A program made the translations under genes and the position numbers. Below, piece by piece: positions 9,386-19,346 of a DNA stretch of 64,000 bases. The notes under the pieces are model-generated. The model saw only the letters and a program-made list of their open reading frames with translations, had not been told where the DNA came from and ran no database searches. Numbering within the stretch: the first letter of the stretch is position 1; each line of letters starts with the position of its first letter. Source of the stretch: a virus (lineage: Duplodnaviria > Heunggongvirae > Uroviricota > Caudoviricetes). The DNA lies in the IMG/VR virus record IMGVR_UViG_3300037484_000445, positions 64,001-128,000 of that record. One strand, given 5' to 3'.

Positions 9386-11210
9386 TTACACGAACAGCCC
9401 AGTAGGGCCTCAATATATTGTACGTACTTCGCTACGTCAACATCGCCCCTATGTGGCCAGCAGTTTTTCGAGTCAACTGACTCCTAAAGAGCGTCTAGCC
9501 CGGCAGCAGCAAAAAGTCGCCAACGGGATGGGGACTGCGGGTGGATATGGAGTTGGTGGAGGATTTGGCGGCAGTAGTATCGGTATGGGTGGTGCTGGCA
9601 GCACGATCTTGAGTTCTCAGGGTAACTTCTTCAGTCCACAACTCTCGACTGACTTCCTCGAGTTACCTCAGAGCATTCGTGAGCGCCGAGAGATCTACAG
9701 GCACTTCTACAATTCCGATGAGTTGGTGGGTCAGGCTCTAGACATCCACACTGAGCTACCTCTTTCCAAAGTTCGGTTGGCAGCGCCTAAACCTAGACTA
9801 GCCCCTAAGGGTTTCAAAAGTCCCGAGGATTACGGTAAGTACATTCTCAGTCGATTCCAACGTATGTGTGATAGGGTTAAGCTATTTCAGCGCCTCATCA
9901 CCATGGTCCACCACTATTGGTTGGATGGGCTGGCCTGCATTTTTGCTGAGGATAGCGTAGTCGAGGTTCCTCCTGAAGTGGGTCACACTCGCCAGCGGGT
10001 AAAGCAAGCTGTCCTTAAGGAAGATGGTGTGCCTGTTGAAGAGGAAGTGGACATTTGGACTGAGGATGAGACTACTGAAGAGCGAGAATTTACGTACTAT
10101 CGTAAGCATTACCGTGGGTGGGAAAAGCTCATTGTCCTTCCGATCGATAGGGTCAAGATCACAACCTTCGATTACACAGACAAGTCTATTGTCGAGCTGA
10201 TTCCTTCGAACAGAGACCGAGTTCTCATCGATAAAGCTCGAACAGGTGATCCCGTAGCCCAGAAGTTGGTCCAAGAGATTCCCGATGAGGTTAGGGACCA
10301 TATCGAGAAGGGCCAAGCCATACCTTTGGGAACAGATCCCGAAGAAGGCTCTTTTGCCTACATCCTCACGGGTAGCAAAGATGCGGATTCTTCCTTGGGT
10401 CATTCGATCCTAGATCGGTGCCTAAGGACCTTGTATTACAGGGAAAAACTACGTCAAGCTCAGACGTCGATTGCTTCTCGGGCTATGACACCCAAGCGCA
10501 TTGTTTGGGCTGAAGGGCTTTCTGATGTGGACGTCGACATGCTCCGTGAGCAGGTAGATTTGTCCTTGGTTGACCCGGACTACTCTATCGTCACGAACTA
10601 TGAGGTTCATTGGGAGGAGATGGGTTCTAGGGACCGTTTGTTGGATCTCTCCACCGAGTATGAACAGACGGAACGGCGCCTTTTGGCAGGTCTTGGTGTG
10701 ACCGAGAGCCTTATGTCTGGGGAGTCTCTCTATTCGGGAGATCGCCTCAAGCTAGAGGTCATCAACCAACGATACTTACATCTTCGTGAGATCCTGCAGG
10801 AGTACGTCGAAGAAAGCCTATTCCGTCCAGTAGCTCAGCGTATGGGCTTCATCGAGGAGGATGAGTGGGGTCAGGAAGTCGTGTTGTTTCCACGGTTGAG
10901 TTTCACGCGGATGCCCCTACGTGACAGTCAGGACACGTTCGATGCTTTGATGAACCTGTATCAAAAGGGTTCGATATCTATCGATCTCATCCTCGAGTTA
11001 CTAAATATCGATCCCGATGACACACGGATGAAAATCGAACGTGACCTGTTCACGGTCAATGACGCCTTGTTCAACGAAATCCTTCGATCGCTTTACAACG
11101 AAGTGGGTCGTATGTTGGCCGAGAAGTCGGACGTTTTGGACCGTGTTGCCAAGTACATGCAGCTGAAGCTGAAACCTGAGGAGCCTGAAGAGGGGGCCAG
11201 TCGTTTCTAA
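9378..11210 (+). CDS. Portal protein
   Basis: 610 aa between terminase and protease. Portal-like segments YRHFYNSDELVGQALDIHTELPLS, GHSILDRC and LLAGLGVTESLMSGE. Confidence 0.82.
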   Translation: MPNYTNSPVGPQYIVRTSLRQHRPYVASSFSSQLTPKERLARQQQKVANGMGTAGGYGVGGGFGGSSIGMGGAGSTILSSQGNFFSPQLSTDFLELPQSIRERREIYRHFYNSDELVGQALDIHTELPLSKVRLAAPKPRLAPKGFKSPEDYGKYILSRFQRMCDRVKLFQRLITMVHHYWLDGLACIFAEDSVVEVPPEVGHTRQRVKQAVLKEDGVPVEEEVDIWTEDETTEEREFTYYRKHYRGWEKLIVLPIDRVKITTFDYTDKSIVELIPSNRDRVLIDKARTGDPVAQKLVQEIPDEVRDHIEKGQAIPLGTDPEEGSFAYILTGSKDADSSLGHSILDRCLRTLYYREKLRQAQTSIASRAMTPKRIVWAEGLSDVDVDMLREQVDLSLVDPDYSIVTNYEVHWEEMGSRDRLLDLSTEYEQTERRLLAGLGVTESLMSGESLYSGDRLKLEVINQRYLHLREILQEYVEESLFRPVAQRMGFIEEDEWGQEVVLFPRLSFTRMPLRDSQDTFDALMNLYQKGSISIDLILELLNIDPDDTRMKIERDLFTVNDALFNEILRSLYNEVGRMLAEKSDVLDRVAKYMQLKLKPEEPEEGASRF

Positions 11211-11221
11211 CGGTCGCCTTT

Positions 11222-11242
11222 TTATCAGTTGGCCTAAGGTGA
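11222..11242 (+). promoter_or_regulatory. Putative late promoter TTAT-N15-GA
   Basis: Exact motif ending immediately before ATG 11243. Confidence 0.55.
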
Positions 11243-14200
11243 ATGCACCGTGAGGCCACAAAGACTGATCTGCAGAAGCAGGATGAGGAGTTTCAGCGCT
11301 TAGTAAGGCCTAGCCCTAAGCAAAAACCTCCTCGTCATGACCTGCGTCGTGAGCGGGTCGACCTTGAAAGTGATCCAGACAATGAGGATCCTTCAGACAA
11401 GAAGGATCGCAGTCGTAATTTCAAGGATATTGGTGGGTCTGTCATTGCTCGTCTGGTTCATCGAGCCCGGACTGAGCGAATTCCCGCTAGGAGCCGTGAA
11501 ACCGGCGATGTTGTTCAAATCTCACCGAAGACACTGAAGGAGCGCCCGGGTGAGTATGAGGTCGTTGAACCCGAAGAGGAAAGCTCAAAAACCGAAGGTA
11601 TTGAGCCTAAGGAAGAAGAACCTGAAGCGAAGCCCGAAGGTCCGACAGAGTCGTCGAAACGTACGAAGTTCTACCAAGATGCCGGGAACGCTCTACGTGA
11701 CTTAGCTCAAGGTGATCCTAAGCTCACAAATAAGTTGAAGGACTTTGGGCGTCCTGATTCACAGATTTCTGGTCTTGCCAAGGAGAATCCGGATTTTCCT
11801 GCAGCCAAGCTGTTTCCCGGCGTTACCCTACCTAAGGGTTTGAACACCCTGGGGGACATCAAGGAGGCTTTAGCTAACGCTGTGAAGCCTTCAAAGAAGA
11901 CGAAGGCACCATCCACGAAGCCTCCACCAGCTGAGGCTCCTCAAGAATCCCCAGGGGCAAAGGCCCAAACTGAAGAGCCCCCTTCAGCAACTGAAGAGCC
12001 CCCAGCAGCGCCTAAGAAGAAGGAACCACCTAAGCCCCCTAGCCCCAGAGCTCAGGCTCCACAGGAGGCGCCTGAGGCCAAAGAGCCACCCACTAAGGCC
12101 AAGGCTCCTAAGAGCAAGAAAGGGCCCGGGACCCCGCCTCAAAAGCCTGAGGCTAAGCCAGAAGCCCAGAAGCCCCAGCGTCCCAAAGAAGAGGGTGACC
12201 TTGAGTCTCCCAAGTCTGGGGTGGAGGTTCTTGATCACATCCCCACGAAGGCTGAGCTCTACCAAATCAAAAAGCCCCCGCGGCGCGAAGTTTCATCGGA
12301 CGAACGACAGGCAGCCCTGAGTCTTTTGATGGACACGTTTCCGCCGAACATTTCGTCGGAGCTCATAGCCAAGAACATTCACCCGGATGATGTGCGTGAA
12401 CTTGTTCGTAGTTACGGTGCTGCTAAGGCAGCGGGCCCAAAGAATCTGGATCGTCTAGTCTCCACGGTTTCTAAGGTTTACCAGACCGATCCCGATGAGG
12501 TTGATCCCCCTACCGAAGGGCTTAACGCTCAGGGTGCGACGGTTTCGTTTGACCAGTTAACCCCGGAAGAACAGGCGGAAGCTACCTTGAAGCATCAACT
12601 TCAAGTGTCGGCATTAAGCCTTGCGGCACACGATATTCTCACGGACAAATTGTCTCAAAAGGGCGCCATTTCTGGAAGGGCCCGTGTTCCCTCGAGTTTG
12701 GCTTCGACTCTGGCCGATAACATCCTCAGACCGCCGGATCCGAGCAATGTCGCAGCCATAGCATCGGAGACGTTCAAGGCTGCTCTTGAAGGGGGCGGCG
12801 GTTCTCTGAGTCCTAAATCAGCTAAGGCTCTGTTAACACGAATCTCTAAGTACCCTGGCGCAAAAGAGATCGCCACAGCCTACATGCAGGCTGCCGATTA
12901 CACTCAAGCTAAGACCGAATTCCTAGATAGCGCTGAGATTAGTGAATGGGATAGGCCAGGCAAGATCGTCAAAGGCCTAGGTAAAGCCGAGGAGTTCTTC
13001 CGTAAGCGCAATGCTGAGTACGGCACTTCTGGAGAGCATCCGGCGGCACGGATGTTTAGACAGCGAGTTGTTAACCGTTTGAATGCCCTTGATCCTACTA
13101 AGGCTAAGGCTGTTAGAGGTCGTTTGGCAGAACTCGAGAAGTCCGAATACGCCGACCAGGTGAAGGACTGGCACGAGGCTATGAAAGAGTACTTGGAGCG
13201 TAAGAAAGAACACGCCCAAGCCCATGCTGAGTACCTTTCGAACCCCCAAGGCAAGTCGCCTCCGGGTCCGTTTTTGGATGTTGCGCCCACAGAGCCAGCC
13301 AAACCGGCCCACAGTTTCGACAAAGAGGAAGGTTCCAAGTTGTGGAGTGACCTAAGGGAGCCTTCAAAGAAACCGAAGCCTGCCAAACCGGCTACTCCAA
13401 AGACGCCTGAATCCACGGAAACTCCCGAGCAAATTGCTGCTGTTGCAGATGAAGCCTGGGACAAAGCCCAACAGGAACAGGGGAAGACCGCTTCAGCGGT
13501 TGATAGATTCACTTATTCATTACGTTCTGTGATGGCCCCCTCTGCCAAGACCAGTGTGTATCACGGGATTGATCCAAAAACGAACCGTCCAAAAGCCTAT
13601 GAGGGTTGGAGTCAGTTCCACCAGCGGGATTTTGGGGAAAAGGACGTTCAGGCTATCTTGGCTTCGGCTCAGGATTGGCTTAAGTCTCCCTTACTGACGG
13701 TGGCTGTGAATGAGATGGTGCCAGACGCCAAACTTAGGGCGGCTTTGGACTTGGCCATCTACACAGGTCCTTACAATGGGGCCATACCTGCCAAGACTTA
13801 TGATGAACTGTTGGCTAAGTTTGCTGGCGTCAAAGAGCCCGGCCGTGGCGAAACTCTCCTGACAAAAACAGCTGATTTCAAGACGGAAAACGTCTTTCTT
13901 GCTGTTTATGGCCCGACGCCAATTGATGAACGTGTACTGAAGGCTCTCGAAGGCCCTAAGTTCACCTTCATAGACGCTTCGGGGACTGTGTTTGAGGACG
14001 GCACTATCGAGCCTCGTCTCGTACGACAAGGTTCTGTGGGTGCTGGACCAGGGTATGTGGGTGAAACCCTTGTGAGGATCAATTTCCCAGAGGGATCATC
14101 GGATGCTGCCCTCAAAATAGCCACTGGTGTTTTGGGATCCTTGAGGCTTAGGGCTGAAAAAGTTACTGCGTCGTACACACCTTCGTCGAGGGCGGCAGAC

Positions 14201-14524
14201 GAATCCTCTTTTATTCCAACTCCTAGTGATCCCCTCGAAAGTCGACTTTCTATGAAGGCTTCTACCGAAATTCGTAAGTTTGCAGCTCTCGCTGCAAAGA
14301 CCAACCCCAAGCTTGCTTTCGACATGTTGGCTTTTGCCGACCATGTCGCTGAGGAAGAGGGTGCTCAGAAGCCTGAGGAAGCCAGCGAGGCTAAGGGGCA
14401 GCAGAAGGAGGCTTCAAATCGGTTTGCCTCTCTACGGTCCCTCATCATTCGACAAGCGTCTTCTTTGGATGCTTCACAACGTGGGCCTTGGCTGCCTGTT
14501 CTTCAGGCCCTCAAGGATTTGTAA
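11243..14524 (+). CDS. Large multi-segment head protein with Pro/Lys/Glu-rich linkers (possible polyprotein)
   Basis: 1093 aa; segments bounded by REA/KTA/VTA/KEA motifs; in-frame internal ATGs at 13532 and 14252. Confidence 0.7.
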   Translation: MHREATKTDLQKQDEEFQRLVRPSPKQKPPRHDLRRERVDLESDPDNEDPSDKKDRSRNFKDIGGSVIARLVHRARTERIPARSRETGDVVQISPKTLKERPGEYEVVEPEEESSKTEGIEPKEEEPEAKPEGPTESSKRTKFYQDAGNALRDLAQGDPKLTNKLKDFGRPDSQISGLAKENPDFPAAKLFPGVTLPKGLNTLGDIKEALANAVKPSKKTKAPSTKPPPAEAPQESPGAKAQTEEPPSATEEPPAAPKKKEPPKPPSPRAQAPQEAPEAKEPPTKAKAPKSKKGPGTPPQKPEAKPEAQKPQRPKEEGDLESPKSGVEVLDHIPTKAELYQIKKPPRREVSSDERQAALSLLMDTFPPNISSELIAKNIHPDDVRELVRSYGAAKAAGPKNLDRLVSTVSKVYQTDPDEVDPPTEGLNAQGATVSFDQLTPEEQAEATLKHQLQVSALSLAAHDILTDKLSQKGAISGRARVPSSLASTLADNILRPPDPSNVAAIASETFKAALEGGGGSLSPKSAKALLTRISKYPGAKEIATAYMQAADYTQAKTEFLDSAEISEWDRPGKIVKGLGKAEEFFRKRNAEYGTSGEHPAARMFRQRVVNRLNALDPTKAKAVRGRLAELEKSEYADQVKDWHEAMKEYLERKKEHAQAHAEYLSNPQGKSPPGPFLDVAPTEPAKPAHSFDKEEGSKLWSDLREPSKKPKPAKPATPKTPESTETPEQIAAVADEAWDKAQQEQGKTASAVDRFTYSLRSVMAPSAKTSVYHGIDPKTNRPKAYEGWSQFHQRDFGEKDVQAILASAQDWLKSPLLTVAVNEMVPDAKLRAALDLAIYTGPYNGAIPAKTYDELLAKFAGVKEPGRGETLLTKTADFKTENVFLAVYGPTPIDERVLKALEGPKFTFIDASGTVFEDGTIEPRLVRQGSVGAGPGYVGETLVRINFPEGSSDAALKIATGVLGSLRLRAEKVTASYTPSSRAADESSFIPTPSDPLESRLSMKASTEIRKFAALAAKTNPKLAFDMLAFADHVAEEEGAQKPEEASEAKGQQKEASNRFASLRSLIIRQASSLDASQRGPWLPVLQALKDL

Positions 14525-14554
14525 CTCAACACCCTGGAACAGGAACAAACAGTC

Positions 14555-14947
14555 ATGAAGAAACTATCGAAAGAGCAGTCCGTAGCCGCTAGCCAAATGC
14601 TGGGTCGTGTGGATACCTTGGCTCAGACCGTCATGCAGCGTTATGCTAGCTGGGGGATGAGTCAGGATGACGCCAAGAGGGTAGTGAATGCCCTTGATTC
14701 CGTTGCCGATGACTTCGAGCGTTGTGCTTTTGGTGAGGAGTCCCTTCAGGCTCGCCAGATTGAAGTTCTGAAGCAAGCCAAGGTAATTCAACAGGACAGC
14801 GACGAGTCCTACATGGGCACGTTCAATGCTCCTACGGCCCCCATTCAAACGGACGGTGATGAGCCTTACATGCAGGCTTACAAGGATGATCAGACCACTG
14901 CGGTCAACTCCGGTAAGTCAACTGTTGGTCGTCCTCTCGCTCCGTAA
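14555..14947 (+). CDS. Hypothetical head-associated protein
   Basis: 130 aa, AGGA upstream, KQA motif, duplicated D.DE.YM.(T/A)(F/Y) element. Confidence 0.7.
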   Translation: MKKLSKEQSVAASQMLGRVDTLAQTVMQRYASWGMSQDDAKRVVNALDSVADDFERCAFGEESLQARQIEVLKQAKVIQQDSDESYMGTFNAPTAPIQTDGDEPYMQAYKDDQTTAVNSGKSTVGRPLAP

Positions 14948-14961
14948 TTTCGGGGGTTATC

Positions 14962-15678
14962 TTGATTGATTATTGGACACTGGCGAAGGATTTTGCTCCA
15001 GGTGACTTCGTACAGAAGTACGCACCTAGTCAAAACATGTGCCTTTCCCCCTATGTGGGCCGTGTTCTTGCGGTTCTGCGAGGGATCGGCTTTCTCGACG
15101 TTCAGTGGCCGTTTGGAGTAGAGCGGACCTCTCCCGAGGAAGTCGTCAAGGTCAACCAACAGTATGCGACGTACCTGCCTCCCATGCAGGACTTCTCTTA
15201 CTATCCAGGGCTAGAGCAGGAGAGGGCTCGGTTGGCTTCCAAACTACCGTGGAAGACAGCCGAGCTCCCTCCAGGCTTCCATAAGGAGCTAGCTCGGGCA
15301 TGGCATCGAGGAGCGAATGAAGTCCAGGCCTACGACGAGCTTTGGCATCGTTACGCCTCATTTTCGCACGATGAACTCATTCGTGAAGAGGTCGCTAAGG
15401 TATACCGTTTTGCACGCACCTCGTCGGATCTATTTTTTGAGGCGTATGCGAACAAGACAGCCACTTACTGGGCTGCCCAAAACCGTCAACACCGGGCAAC
15501 TCGTTCGGAGGTTGAAATCAAGCGACCCAACTGTCCTAAGTGTGGGACGGCTATGCGTAAAGCTACCTACAAGATGGCAGAAGGTCAAAGAATTCGGCTT
15601 TTTGCCTGCCCTACGGATCTGTATCTGATCAAACAGACAGACATTCTAGGGCCTGGTGGTGAACCCGTTGTGTGGTGA
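14962..15678 (+). CDS. Hypothetical protein with C-terminal Zn-ribbon-like motif
   Basis: CPKC...FACPTD at the C-terminus; KTA motif. Confidence 0.7.
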   Translation: MIDYWTLAKDFAPGDFVQKYAPSQNMCLSPYVGRVLAVLRGIGFLDVQWPFGVERTSPEEVVKVNQQYATYLPPMQDFSYYPGLEQERARLASKLPWKTAELPPGFHKELARAWHRGANEVQAYDELWHRYASFSHDELIREEVAKVYRFARTSSDLFFEAYANKTATYWAAQNRQHRATRSEVEIKRPNCPKCGTAMRKATYKMAEGQRIRLFACPTDLYLIKQTDILGPGGEPVVW

Positions 15679-15698
15679 CCGTCTAAGGGATTCCTTGA

Positions 15699-17228
15699 AT
15701 GGCCTTTTCAAAGTACGCTAACGCTGTCGTAGCAAAGCCTGTTGTGAGCCTTGACGCTTGGCGGGACTTTCGTGCTAACAGTCTTCCATTCGACAAGAGA
15801 GCGGCTGCTTCTAAGCTTCTTTTGCAGAAGTACGACCCCTCTAATGTGCTCTTGAGCCATGCCACAATCATGGCTTCGGTGGACATAGAGAATGGCCCTG
15901 GATCATTAGGGAGACACCTAGAACAGGGACAAGAGATTGATCGTAGGTTTGCAGATTACTACATAACCCCTAACACTTCCAAGTACGTCAATTCGAACGG
16001 CGATTCTTGGAGTAGGGCCGTTCTTCTTGCTACCTATAAGGGTTTCATTGGGGCACAGAACTACTGTGAACACCTTCAGATCCCGGAGCTTTCTAAGGGT
16101 CGAATCATTGATGCTGCAGCGAGGGACATTGGGGACAGCATCTACATTGATATTTTGGTGGCCACGGAGAAGAAGCACCAACCCCTGATTAAGGCTATCA
16201 CTTCGGGGCAGCTGAACACCATGAGCATGGGGTGTTCGGTTGAGTTCACCCAGTGTAGTAAGTGTGGCAACGTTGCTGTCGACGAGACTCAGCTTTGCCG
16301 CTGTGTTAAGTACTCGAAACTGTCAACATTCTTCGACACTTTAGGCCAAAAGCGTGTAATCGCCGAGCTTTGCGGGCACAGTTCTCTCCCTAACTCGGTG
16401 AAGTTCATCGAGGCTTCGTGGGTAGGCAACCCAGCTTTTAAGGGTGCTGTGATCCGAAACATTCTTTCGCCGGACGAGTTGGCTCAATTTGCTCCTCAAA
16501 TCGGCAAGGTCTTTTCGTTCCCAGCGCCTATTGCAGACCCGTCTTTGATGGCCAAGGCTGCTCGGGACCAAGGATATATTGTTAGGCATCTAGGTGACCC
16601 CCGGAGCCGCGTCATTCTAGGGCAGGGACAGGGGTTTGACTTCGGCCAAGGTGGTCAGTTCGAAGGGGCTGATGACGCTCCGAAAGCCGAAGAAACATCC
16701 AAAGAAGACCCACTTCAGAAGGCCGTCGATGACTTAGCAGGGATCCTCAAAGAGAAAGCCCTGGAAAAGGTTCGTGGTGAGATCACACAGAAGGAAGTAG
16801 CTCCTCGTGCGGATCTCAACGAGAACAAGAACGAAGGTTTGATCCGTGAAGCCTCACACGATGCTTATTGGCGTGAAATAGCCAGTTCTGTCGTGGCTAA
16901 GGTTAAGGATCCCACAAGATCTCGTCGGATACTATTAGGTCTTCTGCTGTTCAAGAACGGTGGATGGCACGCGATTCGTGAAGCGAATTGTTTCTCTGGT
17001 CGCGAAGTACTCGGAATCTCTAAGTTTTTGGACGAGTTCGAAGGCGTAAAGATTGCTGGTGAGGCTCGTGTGTACCGAACTGTTTTGGCAGTCGGTGGGG
17101 CCTCCCCATATGGAGATGTAGAAGGCTTTTTAGCGGCATGTCGCCGTGTTTTTCGTCGAGAGTTGACTTCCTCTGAGCGAGACGCCCTCATCACTAAGGG
17201 ACGCCTCTATGACCTCGGGTCGTTGTAA
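15699..17228 (+). CDS. Prohead maturation serine protease (HK97/assemblin fold) with Zn-finger insertion
   Basis: NSNGD, YCEH (His), GRIIDA, SMGC (nucleophile Ser), CSKCG...LCRC, FIEASWVGNPA. Lies upstream of scaffold and MCP. Confidence 0.85.
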   Translation: MAFSKYANAVVAKPVVSLDAWRDFRANSLPFDKRAAASKLLLQKYDPSNVLLSHATIMASVDIENGPGSLGRHLEQGQEIDRRFADYYITPNTSKYVNSNGDSWSRAVLLATYKGFIGAQNYCEHLQIPELSKGRIIDAAARDIGDSIYIDILVATEKKHQPLIKAITSGQLNTMSMGCSVEFTQCSKCGNVAVDETQLCRCVKYSKLSTFFDTLGQKRVIAELCGHSSLPNSVKFIEASWVGNPAFKGAVIRNILSPDELAQFAPQIGKVFSFPAPIADPSLMAKAARDQGYIVRHLGDPRSRVILGQGQGFDFGQGGQFEGADDAPKAEETSKEDPLQKAVDDLAGILKEKALEKVRGEITQKEVAPRADLNENKNEGLIREASHDAYWREIASSVVAKVKDPTRSRRILLGLLLFKNGGWHAIREANCFSGREVLGISKFLDEFEGVKIAGEARVYRTVLAVGGASPYGDVEGFLAACRRVFRRELTSSERDALITKGRLYDLGSL

Positions 17229-17272
17229 TTCTCTTTATAGATACACACTTGAGTAGAAAGGGTGATCCCGTC

Positions 17273-18577
17273 ATGCGTGAGAGAACCACTTGGAACCGTA
17301 ACACCATTTGTCGGTTGGCCAGCGCTCTTAGGACCGCTGAAGACCCGACCGCAATGAATCAAGATCACATCAAGCAGCAGCCAGCTGCTGACAAGTACGT
17401 AACGGGCGACCCTTCCTCTTTCGCCGAGGATGTCCATCCCTCTACCGGTACTTGGAAGGCCGAATACTCAGGTGATGAGGTCAAGCGCAATGAGATCGGG
17501 TTGCCCGAAATGCGTGGCGACACCTTCAATCACAAGGAAAAGACGGCTGCCGACGACGATGACGATGATGACGGGGATGACGACGAATTCCTCGAGAAAA
17601 AGGCTGAGGTTTGCCTTGGTCTAGCTCGACGAGTTCTCGCCAAGACCGCTTCGGAATCAGTCGTCGAAGACCAAGCTTTCGCCTTCATGCACCTCCCTGA
17701 CGCAGCTTTGATCGAGACTGTGAATCGTCTGGCCTCACAGGAAGAGGATGACGACAAGGATCAGCAGCAGAAGCAAGGCGGTAAGATCCCACCCCAGTTC
17801 CTCGAGAACATCCAGAAGAAGAAGGATGAGGCCAAGGACGACAAAGGTGAGGACAAGGGCCAACAGCAGAAGGAAGCCCAAGGTCAGCAACAGCAGGACG
17901 ACGGCGATAAGGGCCAGCAACAGCAGAAGCAGGCCCAGGGCCAGCAACAGCAGGACGAGGACAAGGGCCAACAGCAGAAGGAAGCTCAAGGCCAACAGCA
18001 ACAGCAGGACGAGGGCCAGCAGCAGAAGCAAGCCCAACAGGATCAGATCTCTCAGTTGCAACAGCAGGCTCAGCAACTCCAGGATCAAATCGCCCAACTG
18101 GTTCAACAGTCTCAGTTGCAACAGCAACAGTCCCAGCTGCAACAGCAGCAGGGCCAATTGCAGGGCCAACCAGCTCCTGTTATGAGTGACGACCAGATGT
18201 TGGACCAATTGATCCAACAGCAGACGATCCCACAGCAGCAACAGTTCACAGCTAGTGAGTCTTTCGATATTCAACTCGAAGGACCCTCGATTGACACTGG
18301 TGTGCATCTGGGCAGCGAAGACGAGGCCCTTAGTGCCATCTTTGCCAGCCACTCTGAGGTTCGTGAAGCTGCACAAGCTCAAGCTCTCCAAACGGGTATC
18401 CCCGTTCAGGCGAGTATAGGAATGACCCGTACGGCATCGACTCGCACTGTTGGTACTCGTCCGAGTGCCGGCGTTTCGCAACTCGGTGGCAACACCAGTT
18501 CTGGATCACGAAGTGAAGTCGACAAGCTAGCCGGGCTTTGGCAGTCAGCTCCGGATGTGTCGAGTGTGTTCGACTGA
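17273..18577 (+). CDS. Probable scaffolding/core protein, acidic and Gln-rich
   Basis: Between protease and capsid genes; ATG 17273 follows AAGGGTGA; low complexity with many K/R-x-A motifs. Confidence 0.7.
   Translation: MRERTTWNRNTICRLASALRTAEDPTAMNQDHIKQQPAADKYVTGDPSSFAEDVHPSTGTWKAEYSGDEVKRNEIGLPEMRGDTFNHKEKTAADDDDDDDGDDDEFLEKKAEVCLGLARRVLAKTASESVVEDQAFAFMHLPDAALIETVNRLASQEEDDDKDQQQKQGGKIPPQFLENIQKKKDEAKDDKGEDKGQQQKEAQGQQQQDDGDKGQQQQKQAQGQQQQDEDKGQQQKEAQGQQQQQDEGQQQKQAQQDQISQLQQQAQQLQDQIAQLVQQSQLQQQQSQLQQQQGQLQGQPAPVMSDDQMLDQLIQQQTIPQQQQFTASESFDIQLEGPSIDTGVHLGSEDEALSAIFASHSEVREAAQAQALQTGIPVQASIGMTRTASTRTVGTRPSAGVSQLGGNTSSGSRSEVDKLAGLWQSAPDVSSVFD
17752..18170 (+). repeat. Imperfect coding tandem repeats (DKGQQQK(E/Q)AQGQQQQD) and poly-Gln tract
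   Basis: Repeated gacaagggccaacagcagaaggaagc(c/t)caagg units and CAG/CAA runs. Confidence 0.9.
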
Positions 18578-18657
18578 TCCTGAGTAACACTCCCAAATTT
18601 GCCCCTAGATCAGATGTAAATTGTCTACCCCAGCAAGGATATTAGGAGACTACAACA

Positions 18658-19293
18658 ATGCCTCTTCAAGCCGGTCAGAGCTCGGGTGACTTCCGGGAAA
18701 CCAGTGGACGCGTCCAGATTCTTCACGAAGGCATCCGTAACTCGGTTGGTATTCTTACCGCCGATGCCTTCACGCAGTCCAATCCCGCGATTGTCGCCGT
18801 AGTGGGTCCACCCACCACCATCAGCACGCAACTTTCGGGCATCACCAAGAAGGGTGTGCTCGGAGGTACGGTTGCTTTCACTCGTCCCGATGCCGGTAAC
18901 GGCTATCATGGTGGCCCGGTTCAAGTCGGTGCCGCATATGTTGCGGGACAGAAGCCACTCGGCCTCTTCATCAACGATTCCCTAGGAAATGCCTTCGAGA
19001 ACACCCCCGGCGTTGCCTCCGGTCGTGGCCCCTACCTCTGTGGTCGTGGCACGGTTGCCGTTAGTGTGTGGGAAACGCTTCAGCAGATCACCCCATCTGC
19101 TACGGCTCTTACGTACACCGCAGGTAACAAGCTCTACGCCAGCGTCAATGGGTTGCTCACCAACCGTATTGAAGATGCGTACGAGTACAACGTTGCGGCT
19201 CAGAACGATCCCGACTTCGTAACAGTTGTTGGAATCGTGAAGATCGCTCCTGACGCCAACAACACCCTCATGGTGCTCGACCTTCGCATCTGA
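18658..19293 (+). CDS. Capsid cement/decoration protein
   Basis: Directly upstream of MCP, strong AGGAG RBS, pattern Y.AG.KLY....GLLT...VVGIV...P. Confidence 0.7.
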   Translation: MPLQAGQSSGDFRETSGRVQILHEGIRNSVGILTADAFTQSNPAIVAVVGPPTTISTQLSGITKKGVLGGTVAFTRPDAGNGYHGGPVQVGAAYVAGQKPLGLFINDSLGNAFENTPGVASGRGPYLCGRGTVAVSVWETLQQITPSATALTYTAGNKLYASVNGLLTNRIEDAYEYNVAAQNDPDFVTVVGIVKIAPDANNTLMVLDLRI

Positions 19294-19346
19294 GCGGAGA
19301 AGATACGTCTTCAAACTAGGAAATTCCCCGCAAGGAAAACACAGTC

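Noticed and set aside
17752-18170. Repeats considered as a possible CRISPR array
   Set aside because: They are degenerate in-frame coding repeats with no unique spacers and no cas genes.
17735-18481. 248-aa minus-strand poly-Leu ORF that looks like a membrane protein
   Set aside because: It is the antisense shadow of the CAG/CAA-rich scaffold repeat.
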